DNA from: Octopus sinensis
Lineage: Eukaryota
Assembly: GCF_006345805.1 (NCBI RefSeq)
Contig: NW_021823654.1
Span: 1 to 21,609, forward strand
DNA: 21,609 nucleotides
Direction of reading: 5' to 3'
Shown here piece after piece: positions 1 to 9,700 of the stretch; within the stretch, counting starts at the first letter, position 1, and every line of letters begins with the position of its first letter. The position numbers were made by a program, and so were the translations under genes. The notes under the pieces are model-generated. The model saw nothing but the letters and a program-made list of their open reading frames with translations. It was not told the origin of the DNA and ran no database searches.

Positions 1-110
1 AGTGATGATGATGATGATGATGTTTAGTGAAGCATTGGGCAGCTTATGTAACAACGGTTAGATACAACATCGGATAATCTCATATAATCTCCTTTTATCT
101 CCTTATCTTT

Positions 111-131
111 GTCTCTCTCTCTCTCTCTCTC

Positions 132-163
<32 letters not shown>

Positions 164-590
164 GTTCTTTTTCTCTTGTGTGCACCAATGCAATTTGTAT
201 ACACACACACATACACACACACACATACACACACACACGCATCTGCATACACAGACATACAAACACACAGATCCATTCGTGGACTTACTAAACTATACAT
301 ATGTATTTGAGCGTGTGCACACACACACACCACACACACACACCATACACACACACACACACATACACACACACACATACGCACGCACACAAACACACAC
401 ACTCTTTCTTTCCGTCTGTCTATCTGTCTCTCTCTCTCTCTCTCCTTTCTCTCTCTTTCCTCTCTCTCTCTTTTCTCTCTCTTCTCAAACACACATACCC
501 TCTTTTTTAACACATACACACTTTCTCCCTCTGTCCCTTTCTTCCTCCCCCCTCTCTCTATCTCCCTCTCTTTCACACACACACACCTTA
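111..590. repeat. Compound (CT)n/(CA)n microsatellite block
   Basis: Direct reading: (CT)n at about 111-165 and 420-580, (CA)n at about 197-400. Confidence 0.95.
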
Positions 591-694
591 TGCATACAGA
601 AACCTACATTCTCCCCTCCTCCCCACATTTCCAGAACATTATTTTGAAGATTTTTAGAGTATAATTTGAGGGAGATCTAGCTTGTGTTTCTTAC

Positions 695-778
695 AACCAC
701 GTAGAGATACCTTCTATGTGTTGTCCAAGAGTTTACTGGATTGTGAAGTGCAGTGTTCAGGCTAAATTTGGCAGTTTG
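695..778 (-). other. Candidate internal exon (84 nt; one open frame QTAKFSLNTALHNPVNSWTTHRRYLYVV)
   Basis: Minus strand: acceptor ttttcttttctttttaag|CAAACT; donor GTT|gtaaga, with an alternative AAG|gtatct after 711. The other two frames contain stops. No recognised homology. Confidence 0.3.
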
Positions 779-950
779 CTTAAAAAGAAAAGAAAACACA
801 ATCCCCGATCCAAAAAAGAACAATATTTAAATTTTCTTTTTTCAATATCAACTTCAACCGTATTTCTTAGTCATTTTTAACCTATCGACCTATTTTATTC
901 CTATTTACTCGGATGGACACAACTAGCCATTCGATGTTTTAAAAAAATCC

Positions 951-1361
951 TACTCTTTACTCTTTACTTGTTTCAGTCATTTGACTGCGGCCATGCTGGA
1001 GCACCGCCTTTTAGTCGAGCAAATCGACCCCGGGACTTATTCTTTGTAGCCTATTACTTATTCTATCGGTCTCTTTTGCCGAACCGCTAAGTAACGGGGA
1101 CGTAACACACACCAGCATCGTTGTCCAGCAATGCTAGTGGGACAAACACAGACACACAAACACACACACACACACGATATATATATAGTACATATATACG
1201 AACAGGCTTCTTTCAGTTTCCATCTACCAAATCCACTCACAAGGCATTGGTCGGCCCGGGGCTATAGCAGAAGACACTGCCCAAGATGCCACGCAGTGGG
1301 ACGAACCCGCAACCATGTGGTTGGTTAGCAAGCTACTTACCACACAGCCACTCCTGCGCCT
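951..1361 (-). mobile_element. tRNA-derived SINE family A, full-length copy
   Basis: Reverse complement starts aggcgcaggagtggctgtgtggtaagtagc (A-box-like) and has B-box-like ggttgcgggttcgtccc, an internal (TA)/(TG) tract and a (taaagag)n tail. About 10 homologous copies are visible in the window. Confidence 0.9.
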
Positions 1362-1479
1362 ACAGTAATTTTACAATTAAATATTATTAGGAAATGTATT
1401 TTTTAAAATTCTTTAAATATTTTGTATATTCTTGAACTATCAGCAATGTATTGCAGATAAATTTTAACTGCAAAATGTT

Positions 1480-1532
1480 ATAGGAACCCTCAAGGGCCAT
1501 GTGGATCCCAGTTCTACAGTTGAGAACCACTG
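1480..1532. mobile_element. hAT/Charlie-like DNA transposon right end (partner TIR not found)
   Basis: gttgagaaccactg at 1519-1532 is the reverse complement of the Charlie/MER5-type TIR CAGTGGTTCTCAAC; it is followed by aagtagat, a TAGA-centred hAT-like target. Confidence 0.45.
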
Positions 1533-1659
1533 AAGTAGATAATGCCTAGGAGATAACAATTCGCTCAAAGTATCCGACCTCTGCATCCATCACAGCCCCA
1601 AGACGGATTCAGGATCTGACGCATACGCTGGATAGAGCGAAGCGATATATATTATGTAG

Positions 1660-1832
1660 CTGAAATTTACAGAAAAATAAAAGATGAAGACAGGTGTATG
1701 AACAACAAGCAAGTGTATTAGTTTGACGCTCGAAAAAATGGAAAAGTCTTTTACATTTCGAGCCTACGCTCTTCGATAGAAAGGAATAAGAAGAAACAAA
1801 TAGAGAGAGGATGAGAAAAAAAAACGTGTCCA
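1660..1832 (-). mobile_element. Penelope-like terminal-repeat (pLTR) fragment with hammerhead-like motif
   Basis: Homologous to 6177-6345 and 15420-15592 through the shared gaagagcgtaggctcgaaa...gagcgtcaaactaatac...ctgtcttc. The PLE assignment is by motif resemblance only. Confidence 0.6.
1748..1783 (-). ncRNA. Degenerate minimal type-I hammerhead ribozyme-like motif
   Basis: Minus: cttt-CTATCGA-a-GAGC gtag GCTC-GAAA-t-GTA-aaag. Stems I and II are intact; the core deviates from CUGANGA at two positions. Confidence 0.4.
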
Positions 1833-1865
<33 letters not shown>

Positions 1866-2288
1866 ATAGAAATATGTTACAAATAGAAAATAGAAACTAC
1901 ACGTGGAAACAAGAAAAATTAGCGAAGATGTACAATGGAAATAAAAAAAAAGTAGAGGCTTTTTATGAAAAGTAACGATAAATATATACAATTAGATGAA
2001 CTGAGGTAGGAATAAAAGTGATAAAAGTCATTATTGTGATTTGTTAAAGAGATTCAAAAGCATACCGGTTTCGTGAATTTACTAATCGTTGCTTTGAGTG
2101 CACACCGATTAATGAACGGTGTCAGGTCTACTAGTCCCTGAGTAAAACGATTATGTGTTGTGTGTGTGTGTGTGTATATAAGCATGAAATTGCATTAGAC
2201 TCACTGGCCGATAACTGATAAGGAATTGGTAACCTTCTATGTCTGTTTTCCGTTCGTCGGTGCATTTATTATATGCATTTTAACTTAC

Positions 2289-2344
2289 CATTCTGTATCT
2301 GTTTTTCGTTTGTGCGTTTACTATACGTTTTTGTTTCTTTTTCA
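2289..2344 (-). other. Candidate exon (56 nt)
   Basis: Strong donor ATG|gtaagt, moderate acceptor atatttacttaataag|. Two open frames, one reading KKKQKRIVNAQTKNRYRM. Confidence 0.2.
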
Positions 2345-2751
2345 CTTATTAAGTAAATATATTTATATACATATATATATAATATCAAAGTTGTCCATAG
2401 ACCAGCTAAAGCTGGAACTCAGATTAGACTGCCAACCTTGATGTATGCGTAACAAATACATATTTTCGTGTGTGCGTGTGTGTGTGTGTGTCACAATCAC
2501 ATCAAGTCACAATCCCCTCCAGCTCACCTTGCATACACACACACATATATACGCGCACACACATTCACATACATACATACATGCATGCATACATAGATAG
2601 ACAGACAGACACACACACACACACACACACACACAACACACATCAGTGGCAGTGGCGGCAGTGTTGGAGAAGTTAGTGATGGCGGAGAGACAATAAACAG
2701 GCGGGGAGGTGGATGAGGTTAGAAGGAACTGTGTGGTGGCGGCGCCGATAG

Positions 2752-2985
2752 TACCTATTTCTTAATTGCCCACCAGGGGCTAAACACAGAGGGGACAAAC
2801 AAGGACAGACATAGGTATTAAGTCGATTACATCGACCCCAGTGCGTAACTGGTACTTAATTTATCGACCCCCGAAAGGATGAAAGGCAAAGTCGACCTCG
2901 GAGGAATTTGAACTCAGAACGTAACGCCAGACGAAATACGGCTACGCATTTCGCCCGGTGTTCTAACGTTTCTGCCAGCTCGCCG
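2752..2985 (-). mobile_element. tRNA-derived SINE family B (Nin/Deu-like central domain), full-length
   Basis: Head ggcgagctggcagaaacgttag...gagttcaaattcc (B box) and core gaggtcgactttgcctttcatcctttcgggggtcgataaattaagtaccag. Flanked by the direct repeat cgccgatag (2743-2751 and 2981-2989, partly overlapping the head). Confidence 0.88.
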
Positions 2986-2994
2986 ATAGAACCG

Positions 2995-3027
2995 GTGGTG
3001 GTGCTGCTGCTGTTGCTGCTGCTGCTT

Positions 3028-3062
<35 letters not shown>

Positions 3063-3139
3063 GGTGTGGTGGTGGTGGTGGTGGTGGTGGTGGTGGTTTA
3101 TGGTAGTGTTACAGCTGTTGCTAGTGGTGGTGGTGCTGC

Positions 3140-3203
<64 letters not shown>

Positions 3204-3270
3204 GGTGGTGGTGGTGGTGGTGGTGGTAGTGTTATTGCTGTTGCTGGTGGTGTTGCTACTGCTGCTGCTG
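2995..3270. repeat. Compound trinucleotide microsatellite (GCT/GTT/GGT)n
   Basis: Direct reading; source of the poly-V/G/L/N/T/H ORF artefacts. Confidence 0.95.
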
Positions 3271-3392
3271 CCGATGCCGGTATTGCAGTGATACTGGGGG
3301 GAGGGGGGCAGGGAAGAGAAACCGATGCCAATGAGTACAATGAATGAATACAAGAAATATTTCTTCGGTGCTTTGCTCCAAGAATACCAACT

Positions 3393-3402
3393 TTATTATT
3401 AC

Positions 3403-3438
<36 letters not shown>

Positions 3439-3445
3439 CATTATT
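3393..3445. repeat. (ATT)n microsatellite
   Basis: Direct reading. Confidence 0.95.
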
Positions 3446-3668
3446 GTAGTTCTTTATTGTTCTGATGTTTCTTATTTTTTTATTGTTATTTATCATTATT
3501 TATTTTTGTTTTGCCTTTGCGATACAACCAGAACAAAGTCTATCTCCACCCTTATTTACTTACCTACCTGCCCCCCAAAATACCCTCAAAATGCCCCTAC
3601 AAACTATCCAACTACTAACCTTACCCATGTATCAATTCCACCCACATTGTATCCTCTGCACACACACA

Positions 3669-3713
<45 letters not shown>

Positions 3714-3934
3714 ACCTTCAGACTTTCACATCCCACCTCCACCCCACCCGCACACACGCATACACCCATCGCTTCTCGCCCCTCCCCCACTTCCAACACC
3801 AACTGGAGGAAATTGGGGGAACTTTTCTGTTGTCAGTGAACCCTAACTAACCAAGTCAGTAAATTAGAACAAAGGAACATCACACCGCCATCACAGTTAC
3901 CACCCCGCCGCCACCGCCGACTGCTCCAGCGTCG

Positions 3935-4415
3935 CCATCACTATTACCATCGTCATCATCATCATCATCATCATTATCTTCATCACCAATGTCATTGTCA
4001 CCAAAAGTGATGTACCACCATCATCATAACAACAATCATCATCTCCATCATCATCATCAACACCGTTGTCGTCGCCGTCATCGTCATCATCATTATCATC
4101 ATCATGAACGTCATTGTTATCATCGTCATCATCATCCAAAATGATACTATTCATCATCATCATCACCATAATCATCATCATCCTAATCATCATCATCGTC
4201 ATCGTCGTTGTCATCGCCGTCATCGTCATCATGTTGTCGTCGTCATCGTCATCATAATCCTTGTCATCGTCAATACCACCATCATTATCACCATCACCCC
4301 CATCAACACCATCATCATTACCATCAACACCATCATCATTACCATCATGGTCATCGTCATTTTCTTCTTCTTCTTCTTCTTCTTCTTCTTCTTCTTCTTC
4401 TTCTTCTTCTTCTTC
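3935..4415. repeat. Degenerate (CAT)n array followed by (CTT)n
   Basis: Direct reading; (CTT)n at about 4362-4414. Confidence 0.95.
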
Positions 4416-4574
4416 TTTTCCTTCACATCAGCAACAACAATAACCGAAACAGATGTAAAGATACTTAATGTGATCACTGACTTTCTCGATACAATTGCCA
4501 AATCTCACTCCAATCATATCATAATTTAGTGGTTCGCAACACTTGTGGGACACCGGAGGTCATGCTTTGGTCAG

Positions 4575-4850
4575 TCATGAGACCTAGGTCTCGTAAGGCC
4601 AGAGTGTAATCCAGTATACATGGCGTGCAAGTGACAGAAGTTATAACACCACCTACTCCTGAACGGGATGCCAGTCCATCTCAGGATTAATTTCCCCGCT
4701 ATTACTGAAACTTGTTTTCAACTGAGTGGATTTGAGCAACATCGAATGAAATGTTTTGCTGAAAAACACATATTACCACACGGTCCGAGAATCGAAACTA
4801 TGTACTTATGATCGCCAGGGTAACACCCTCGCCACTTTGCCAGGCGCCTT
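4575..4850 (-). mobile_element. tRNA-derived SINE family C, diverged
   Basis: Reverse complement shows a tRNA-like head (tggcaaagtgg...gtttcgattctcgg), gcaaaacatttcattcgatgttgctc..tccactcag, cctgagatggactggcatcccgttcagg and a 3' palindrome gagacctaggtctc (4579-4592). Confidence 0.65.
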
Positions 4851-4901
4851 TTCATTGTATATCAGGAAAAAAAAATAGATGAAATAAAATTGGCGTACAT
4901 G

Positions 4902-5290
4902 GGCGCAGGCGTAGCTGTGTGGTAAAAAGCTTGCTTCCCAACCACATGGTTCTTGGGCAAGTATCTTCTACTATAGCCTCAGGCTGACCAAATCCTTGTA
5001 AGTGGATTTCGTAGACGGAAACTGAAAGAATCCCACCGTGTATGTATATATGTATGCCTCTATGTGTGTGTCTTTCTGTTTATATTTGTCCCCATCACCG
5101 CTTCACAAGTGGTGTTGGTGTGTTTACATCCCCCCGTAATCTAGCAGTTCGGCAAAAGAAACCGATAGAATAATTACTAGGCTTACAAAGAATAAGTCCC
5201 GGGGTTAATTTCTTCGACTAAAATCCTTCAAGGCGGTGCTCCAGCATGGCTGCAGTCAAATGACCGAAACAAGTAAAAGAATAAAAGAAA
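4902..5290 (+). mobile_element. SINE family A, near full-length, with the B-box segment deleted
   Basis: Aligns to 951-1361 but reads ccacatggtt|cttgggcaag, lacking about 26 nt (ccgggttcagtcccactgcgtggcac) present in the 16551 copy. Confidence 0.88.
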
Positions 5291-5485
5291 ACATTGTATG
5301 AAAAGCCTTTTGAATTAGCTTTCAAATTAAAAATTTAGAAAAAGCATCGAGAAAATTATTATCTAAGCTGGAGAGCTCCAGCATGACCGCAATCCAATGA
5401 CTAGATTACTTCAAAGAACACGCCTTGTTTTATTAATTATATTAATTATACAAAGCCGTAATTTATATTTGTAAAATTACTCAAG

Positions 5486-5572
5486 GTGCTTGGGTACCCA
5501 TGACGGTGAACCGGGACGCTGTAATACCCCGTTTGCGAAATGTCCGATTGCTTTAAAACGTGGACATGCTAG
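5486..5572 (+). other. Candidate symmetric 87-nt exon encoding a Cys-spaced peptide CLGTHDGEPGRCNTPFAKCPIALKRGHA
   Basis: Weak AT-rich acceptor tactcaag|G and donor TAG|gtaatg. One open frame; a GC-richer island in unique sequence. Confidence 0.2.
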
Positions 5573-5870
5573 GTAATGTGGTCCTTGATGCATTATGTCT
5601 GAGAGATCGACTGAATGGACATGGCTAGAACGTCTTTGCTTACAGATCTATGTTTAGTCTTTGAAGACAGTGAAGTTAATGTTAACAGGTTTGACTGTGT
5701 GGTTAAGATGTCTGTCTGCTCCACAACCACTTTCAATCAGGTTCAGAGCCACTGCACTGCACATTGGGCAAGGGTTTTCTGCTATGGCCTCGGGCCGACC
5801 AAAGGCTCGTGAGTGGGGTTTGGTTGACGGAAACTGAAAGAATCCCGTCGTTTATACACACACACACATA

Positions 5871-6010
5871 TCTAATATAATAAAAGCGAAAATTAATTTC
5901 TGTGTGTCACTGTGTCACACTTAGATCCCGTCTCTCGCTATTCAATGACACTCATCAGGCGAGACTCATCAAGGAACCGCCAGATCTCGTGATTTCAGTG
6001 TACTGCACTA
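5871..6010 (+). mobile_element. Possible non-autonomous Helitron 5' end
   Basis: A|TCTAATATAATAAAAGCG resembles Helitron 5' termini (TC start after A). No 3' hairpin-CTAG end was identified. Confidence 0.3.
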
Positions 6011-6176
6011 TATCAGTGGCATACGTATGCATGCATCTATGGATGGATAGATAGATAGATGGATGCATGCATGGACATGTGTGTGTGTGTGTGCATGTTT
6101 TTATGTATGTATGCATGTATGTGTGTGTGTATGTATGTATGTATGTATGTATGTATGTATATGTATGTATGTATGT

Positions 6177-6345
6177 AGATCGCTAGCCACTACACATTCT
6201 TTATTTTCTCCCTTTGTTCCTTTCTGTGGAAGAGCGTAGGCTCGAAATGTTAAAGACATTTTTACTTCCCGAGCGTTAAACTAATACATCTGTTTGCTGT
6301 CTACACCAACTGTCTTCGTCTTTTGTTGTTTTTTTTATTATGAAT
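6177..6345 (+). mobile_element. Penelope-like terminal-repeat fragment with hammerhead-like motif
   Basis: Homologous to 1660-1832 and 15420-15592. Confidence 0.6.
6220..6255 (+). ncRNA. Minimal type-I hammerhead ribozyme-like motif (variant core)
   Basis: cttt-CTGTGGA-a-GAGC gtag GCTC-GAAA-t-GTT-aaag; 4-bp stem I and 4-bp stem II. Confidence 0.45.
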
Positions 6346-6834
6346 TCTCCCCTATGTCTGTCTGTCTGTCTGTCTGTCTGTATGTATGTATGTATGTATG
6401 TATGTATGTATATATGTATGTATGTATGTATGTATGTGTCTACTTGATTATGTTTTAGTGTCTCACTGCTTGACAACCAACGTTGGTTTGTTTATGTTTC
6501 CGTAATGTAAACGGTTCGGCAAAAATAAGCGGATAGAATAAGTACAGTTTTCGTTTTAATTATGCAAATTAATACGAGTTCTAGCGAAATTTTTTCGTAA
6601 TTCTTTTTCTATAGATACAAGAACAATTTGTAGCGATTGATCTAGCACGTTTAGATTTGACTATGATTCGCTGATGAGGTCCATTACGACCTGAACATGT
6701 TGTAAACTATCACCTTACCTTGTAAGCAAGGATCCGATTTTCGTTACGAATATAAATTAATATTTTTAAAAATTAGCTCTTAATTTCACACACATACATA
6801 CATACATACATAAATATTCACACACACACACGTC

Positions 6835-6885
<51 letters not shown>

Positions 6886-6902
6886 ATACGCACACACACA
6901 CG

Positions 6903-7000
6903 CATATATCTTTTATTTGTTTGTAATAGAACTGCGGCCATGTTGGGGTACCGCATTGAAGGGTTTTAGTTGTACGAATCGACCCCAGCACTTGAATATT
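6903..7000 (-). mobile_element. SINE family A 3' fragment, diverged
   Basis: actgcggccatgttggggtaccgc...aatcgaccccagcact matches the family tail. Confidence 0.7.
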
Positions 7001-7004
7001 TTCG

Positions 7005-7151
7005 TTTGTATGCATGTGTGCATGTGTATGTATCTATGTATGTATATGTGTATACATACATACATACATACATACATACATACATACATACATACACACA
7101 CACATATACACACACACACACATACATACATACATACATACATACATACAT

Positions 7152-7182
<31 letters not shown>

Positions 7183-7330
7183 TACATACATACATACATA
7201 TATACACACACACACACACACACATACATACATACATACAAACATACATACATACAAATTTATACACACACATAAAAAACACTCACACACATTCTCACAC
7301 ACACACTCACACGCACTCATACATTCACAT
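7005..7330. repeat. (CATA)n/(CA)n compound microsatellite
   Basis: Direct reading. Confidence 0.95.
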
Positions 7331-7893
7331 TTAAATTGAAAACAACAACAACAACAAAACAATTGGTCTGTGAAAAACGCAATAAAGGACACTGAAGAAC
7401 TAAATGAGGCCAAAGCTGGTAGATAAAGAAAGAGATGAGATGCTAATCTAAGAACATTTCTATGAGGAGAATGGGACACAGGGTTGGGTGGGGGTGGGAT
7501 GGGGTAGGTGAGTAAGGACAAACTGGCCAGCCCCTCGACTGCACTAAGTAACCTATTAGTTTCACTGACCCACAGAAAACCCCATTAGAAATTAATGACT
7601 AGTACTTAATTATTCCACTTGTCCAGACCATCTGTAACTACTCGGTTTTTACGAGTCAATGAGAATGCCGCCCTTCGTATGTGGACCGTTAGAGCAACCT
7701 GTTAGAAACAACAGTCAAACCTCGATTAAAATCAGAGTGGAAGTCATGCTCGATAATGTAGTCTTGCATCCAGTGCTGTCCCAACACATGGGCAAACCAG
7801 GCAGTTGCGCAGCGGTCTTTGCGGATCTTGCGGCTCCAATTCTGATATATGTACACCGTGGTTTTGCTGTCAAGAAATATGTAATATACGTAG

Positions 7894-8458
7894 AGGCGCA
7901 GGTGTGGCTCTGTGGTAAGAAGTGTGCTTCTCAGCCACACGGTTCCGGGTTCAGTCTCACAGCGTTGCATCTTGAGCAGGTGTCTTCTACTATAGCCTCG
8001 AACGAACTGACCAAAGGCTTGTAAGTGGATTTGGTAGACGGAAACTGAAAGAAGTCCGTCACATATACACACACACATACATACATACATACATACATAC
8101 ATACATACATACATACATACATACATACATACATACTATACATATGCACACACACACACACATATATATGCACACACACATATATGCACACACACATATA
8201 TATATGCACACACACGACGGGCTATATACATATGTCTGTGTGAGTTTGTATCTTTGTGTCAATGTTTGTACCTCACCACCGCTTGACAACTGGTCTTGGT
8301 TTGTTGACGTCCTTGGCCGACAGAATAAGTAACTGGCTTAAAAAAACCGGGGTGAAAACTACTAGCGGTCGATTCGTTCGATTAAAACTTTTCTATGCGG
8401 TGCCCCAGCATGGTCACCGTTCAATAACATAAACAAGTGAAACATAAAAGATAAAATA
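7894..8458 (+). mobile_element. SINE family A, full-length, with expanded internal (CATA)n tract
   Basis: Head aggcgcaggtgtggctctgtggtaagaag, B box ggttccgggttcagtc, internal repeat at about 8062-8240, tail ccagcatggtcaccgttcaataac...taaaagataaaa. Confidence 0.88.
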
Positions 8459-8522
8459 TATAGGGCGTAGGGCATTGTTTCGACCGGGGATTTATAATGT
8501 TGCTTCGACGACCCTACCAGTA

Positions 8523-8610
8523 CAGTAATCCCTCGATTATCGCGGGTGTTACGTTCCAAACCAACTCACCCCGCGATAGGTGAAAAGCCGCGATGTAGAA
8601 ACAGTACTGT
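8523..8610 (+). mobile_element. TcMar-Tigger/pogo-like transposon left end
   Basis: TA|CAGTAATCCCTCGATTATCGCGGGTGTTACGTTCC...CCGCGATAGGTGAAAAGCCGCGATGTAG resembles Tigger-type termini, preceded by TA; truncated by a SINE. Confidence 0.65.
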
Positions 8611-8618
8611 ACTCATTA

Positions 8619-8728
8619 ACTCTTTTACTTGTTCCAGTCATTTGACTGCGGCCATGCTGGAGCACCGCCTTTAGTCGAACAAATCGACTTCAGGACTTAT
8701 TCTTTGTAAGCCTACTATTTATTCTATC
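8619..8728 (-). mobile_element. SINE family A 3' fragment
   Basis: Near-identical to 951-1065. Confidence 0.88.
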
Positions 8729-8865
8729 TGTAGGTTATAAATATTCACTATTTGACGAAGGTCTAATAATACCAAAGACCTTCCAGAAAGATCCTAATTT
8801 TTCTATCCACGGATATAATTATATAATATATATATATATTATTATATATATATATATATATATAC

Positions 8866-9020
8866 AGTTAATCCAAACGAGAAAACACAAAGAGAAAACA
8901 CAACAACGCGAGGGCGTGGAACAAATATAGTATTATTGGACGCTCAGGAAAGAAGGAAGGAAGAGGGTTTAACGTTTCGAGCGGAGCTCTTCGTCGGAAA
9001 CATAGGAGAAGGAAAGATCC

Positions 9021-9022
<2 letters not shown>
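8866..9022 (-). mobile_element. Penelope-like terminal-repeat fragment (related subfamily) flanked by (TA)n
   Basis: Shares the gaagagc...gctcgaaacg...gagcgtc..taatac layout with the 1660/6177/15420 elements. Confidence 0.55.
8967..9001 (-). ncRNA. Minimal type-I hammerhead ribozyme-like motif
   Basis: Minus: gttt-CCGACGA-a-GAGC tcc GCTC-GAAA-C-GTT-aaac. Palindromic ACGT stem III; only U4>C differs from the CUGANGA core. Confidence 0.55.
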
Positions 9023-9063
<41 letters not shown>

Positions 9064-9079
9064 CTTAAACTTAGATTTA

Positions 9080-9322
9080 AAAAATTAGATATGTTTCGAC
9101 CAAAGATTGGTTCAGGCCATGTCTAACTTAATCGCACCACCAGACAGGATTTTAAAGTCAAGTTTTGTTTATGGTCCATTTAAATAGTGAGTTCTTGTTG
9201 AGTGAGTTATATCCAGGTATGGGTGGCTTATCTGGTATTCCTTGAAGCGATCTGTCCAGACTTCGTTTAAAGGTGATGGGATCCTTTTCTTCTTTAATCA
9301 GTTTTGGGACAATGTTAAACAG
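9080..9322 (-). mobile_element. 5'-truncated non-LTR retrotransposon (CR1/L2-like) 3' end
   Basis: Frame 9322-9158 reads LFNIVPKLIKEEKDPITFKRSLDRSLQGIPDKPPIPGYNSLNKNSLFKWTINKT*, matching the LFN.LP...FK..LD.FL..IPD.P..PGY C-terminal pattern of LINE ORF2; followed by a short 3' UTR. Confidence 0.8.
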
Positions 9323-9489
9323 TTATTTATTTATTTATTAATTTATTTATTTTAAAAAAACCTCGATACAATAACACCGTTTACAAACTCTATGCTTGGA
9401 ATGACCAATTTTAAATACTATTGGAACTTACTCACAAAGTACGAGAATCTTATATGTATACCATTCGGCCTAAATAATGGAACTGAAGA

Positions 9490-9700
9490 TAAAATATCCC
9501 TGCATATCTCACGTCTATTTTCATTCCTCCACTTCACTCTCTGTTTCATATCTTATCTAGAATAACTATTGTTTAACCATTTTCTCTCACCATCTCCGAT
9601 GAGGGGATATATAAAATATCCCGGAAACAGCTGTAAGACCTTCTATTTGTAAATGTTCTGAAATCTTTTACAGTCTTGGATTTTTATCTCATTCTAACAA
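9490..9700 (+). mobile_element. Penelope-like terminal-repeat fragment (distinct subfamily)
   Basis: Pyrimidine-rich flank around a hammerhead-like core; boundaries approximate. Confidence 0.4.
9593..9638 (+). ncRNA. Minimal type-I hammerhead ribozyme-like motif with palindromic loop III
   Basis: tct-CCGATGA-g-GGGATAT ataaa ATATCCC-g-GAAA-C-AGCT-GTA-aga. 7-bp stem II, ACAGCTGT palindrome, GUA site, U4>C in the core. Confidence 0.6.

Larger units (their letters stand above)
5686..6545 (+). mobile_element. Old SINE family A copy split by nested insertions (5' half 5686-5860, 3' half about 6440-6545)
   Basis: The 5' half ends at gacggaaactgaaagaatcccgtcg plus (CA)n. The 3' half resumes with ctgcttgacaacc...cggttcggcaaaa...gatagaataagtac. 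Confidence 0.7.

Noticed and set aside
1560-1659. Strong minus-strand acceptor ttttctgtaaatttcag at about 1660
   Set aside because: The acceptor is part of the repeated PLE-like element (same sequence at about 15575) and all frames stop quickly.
6616-6721. Plus-strand acceptor/donor pair
   Set aside because: Stops in all frames, with no supporting neighbours on that strand.
7712-7730. cagtcaaacctcgatt, a Tigger-like TIR
   Set aside because: Not preceded by TA and no partner inverted repeat found.
7659-8126. 121-aa (+) and 145-aa (-) ORFs
   Set aside because: Both run into SINE and microsatellite sequence; the unique part has no recognisable motif and several frames are open.
8750-8795. tgacga-aggtct...agacct hairpin resembling a hammerhead
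   Set aside because: C3 is missing, GAAA is displaced by 4 nt, and there is no stem III or NUH arrangement.
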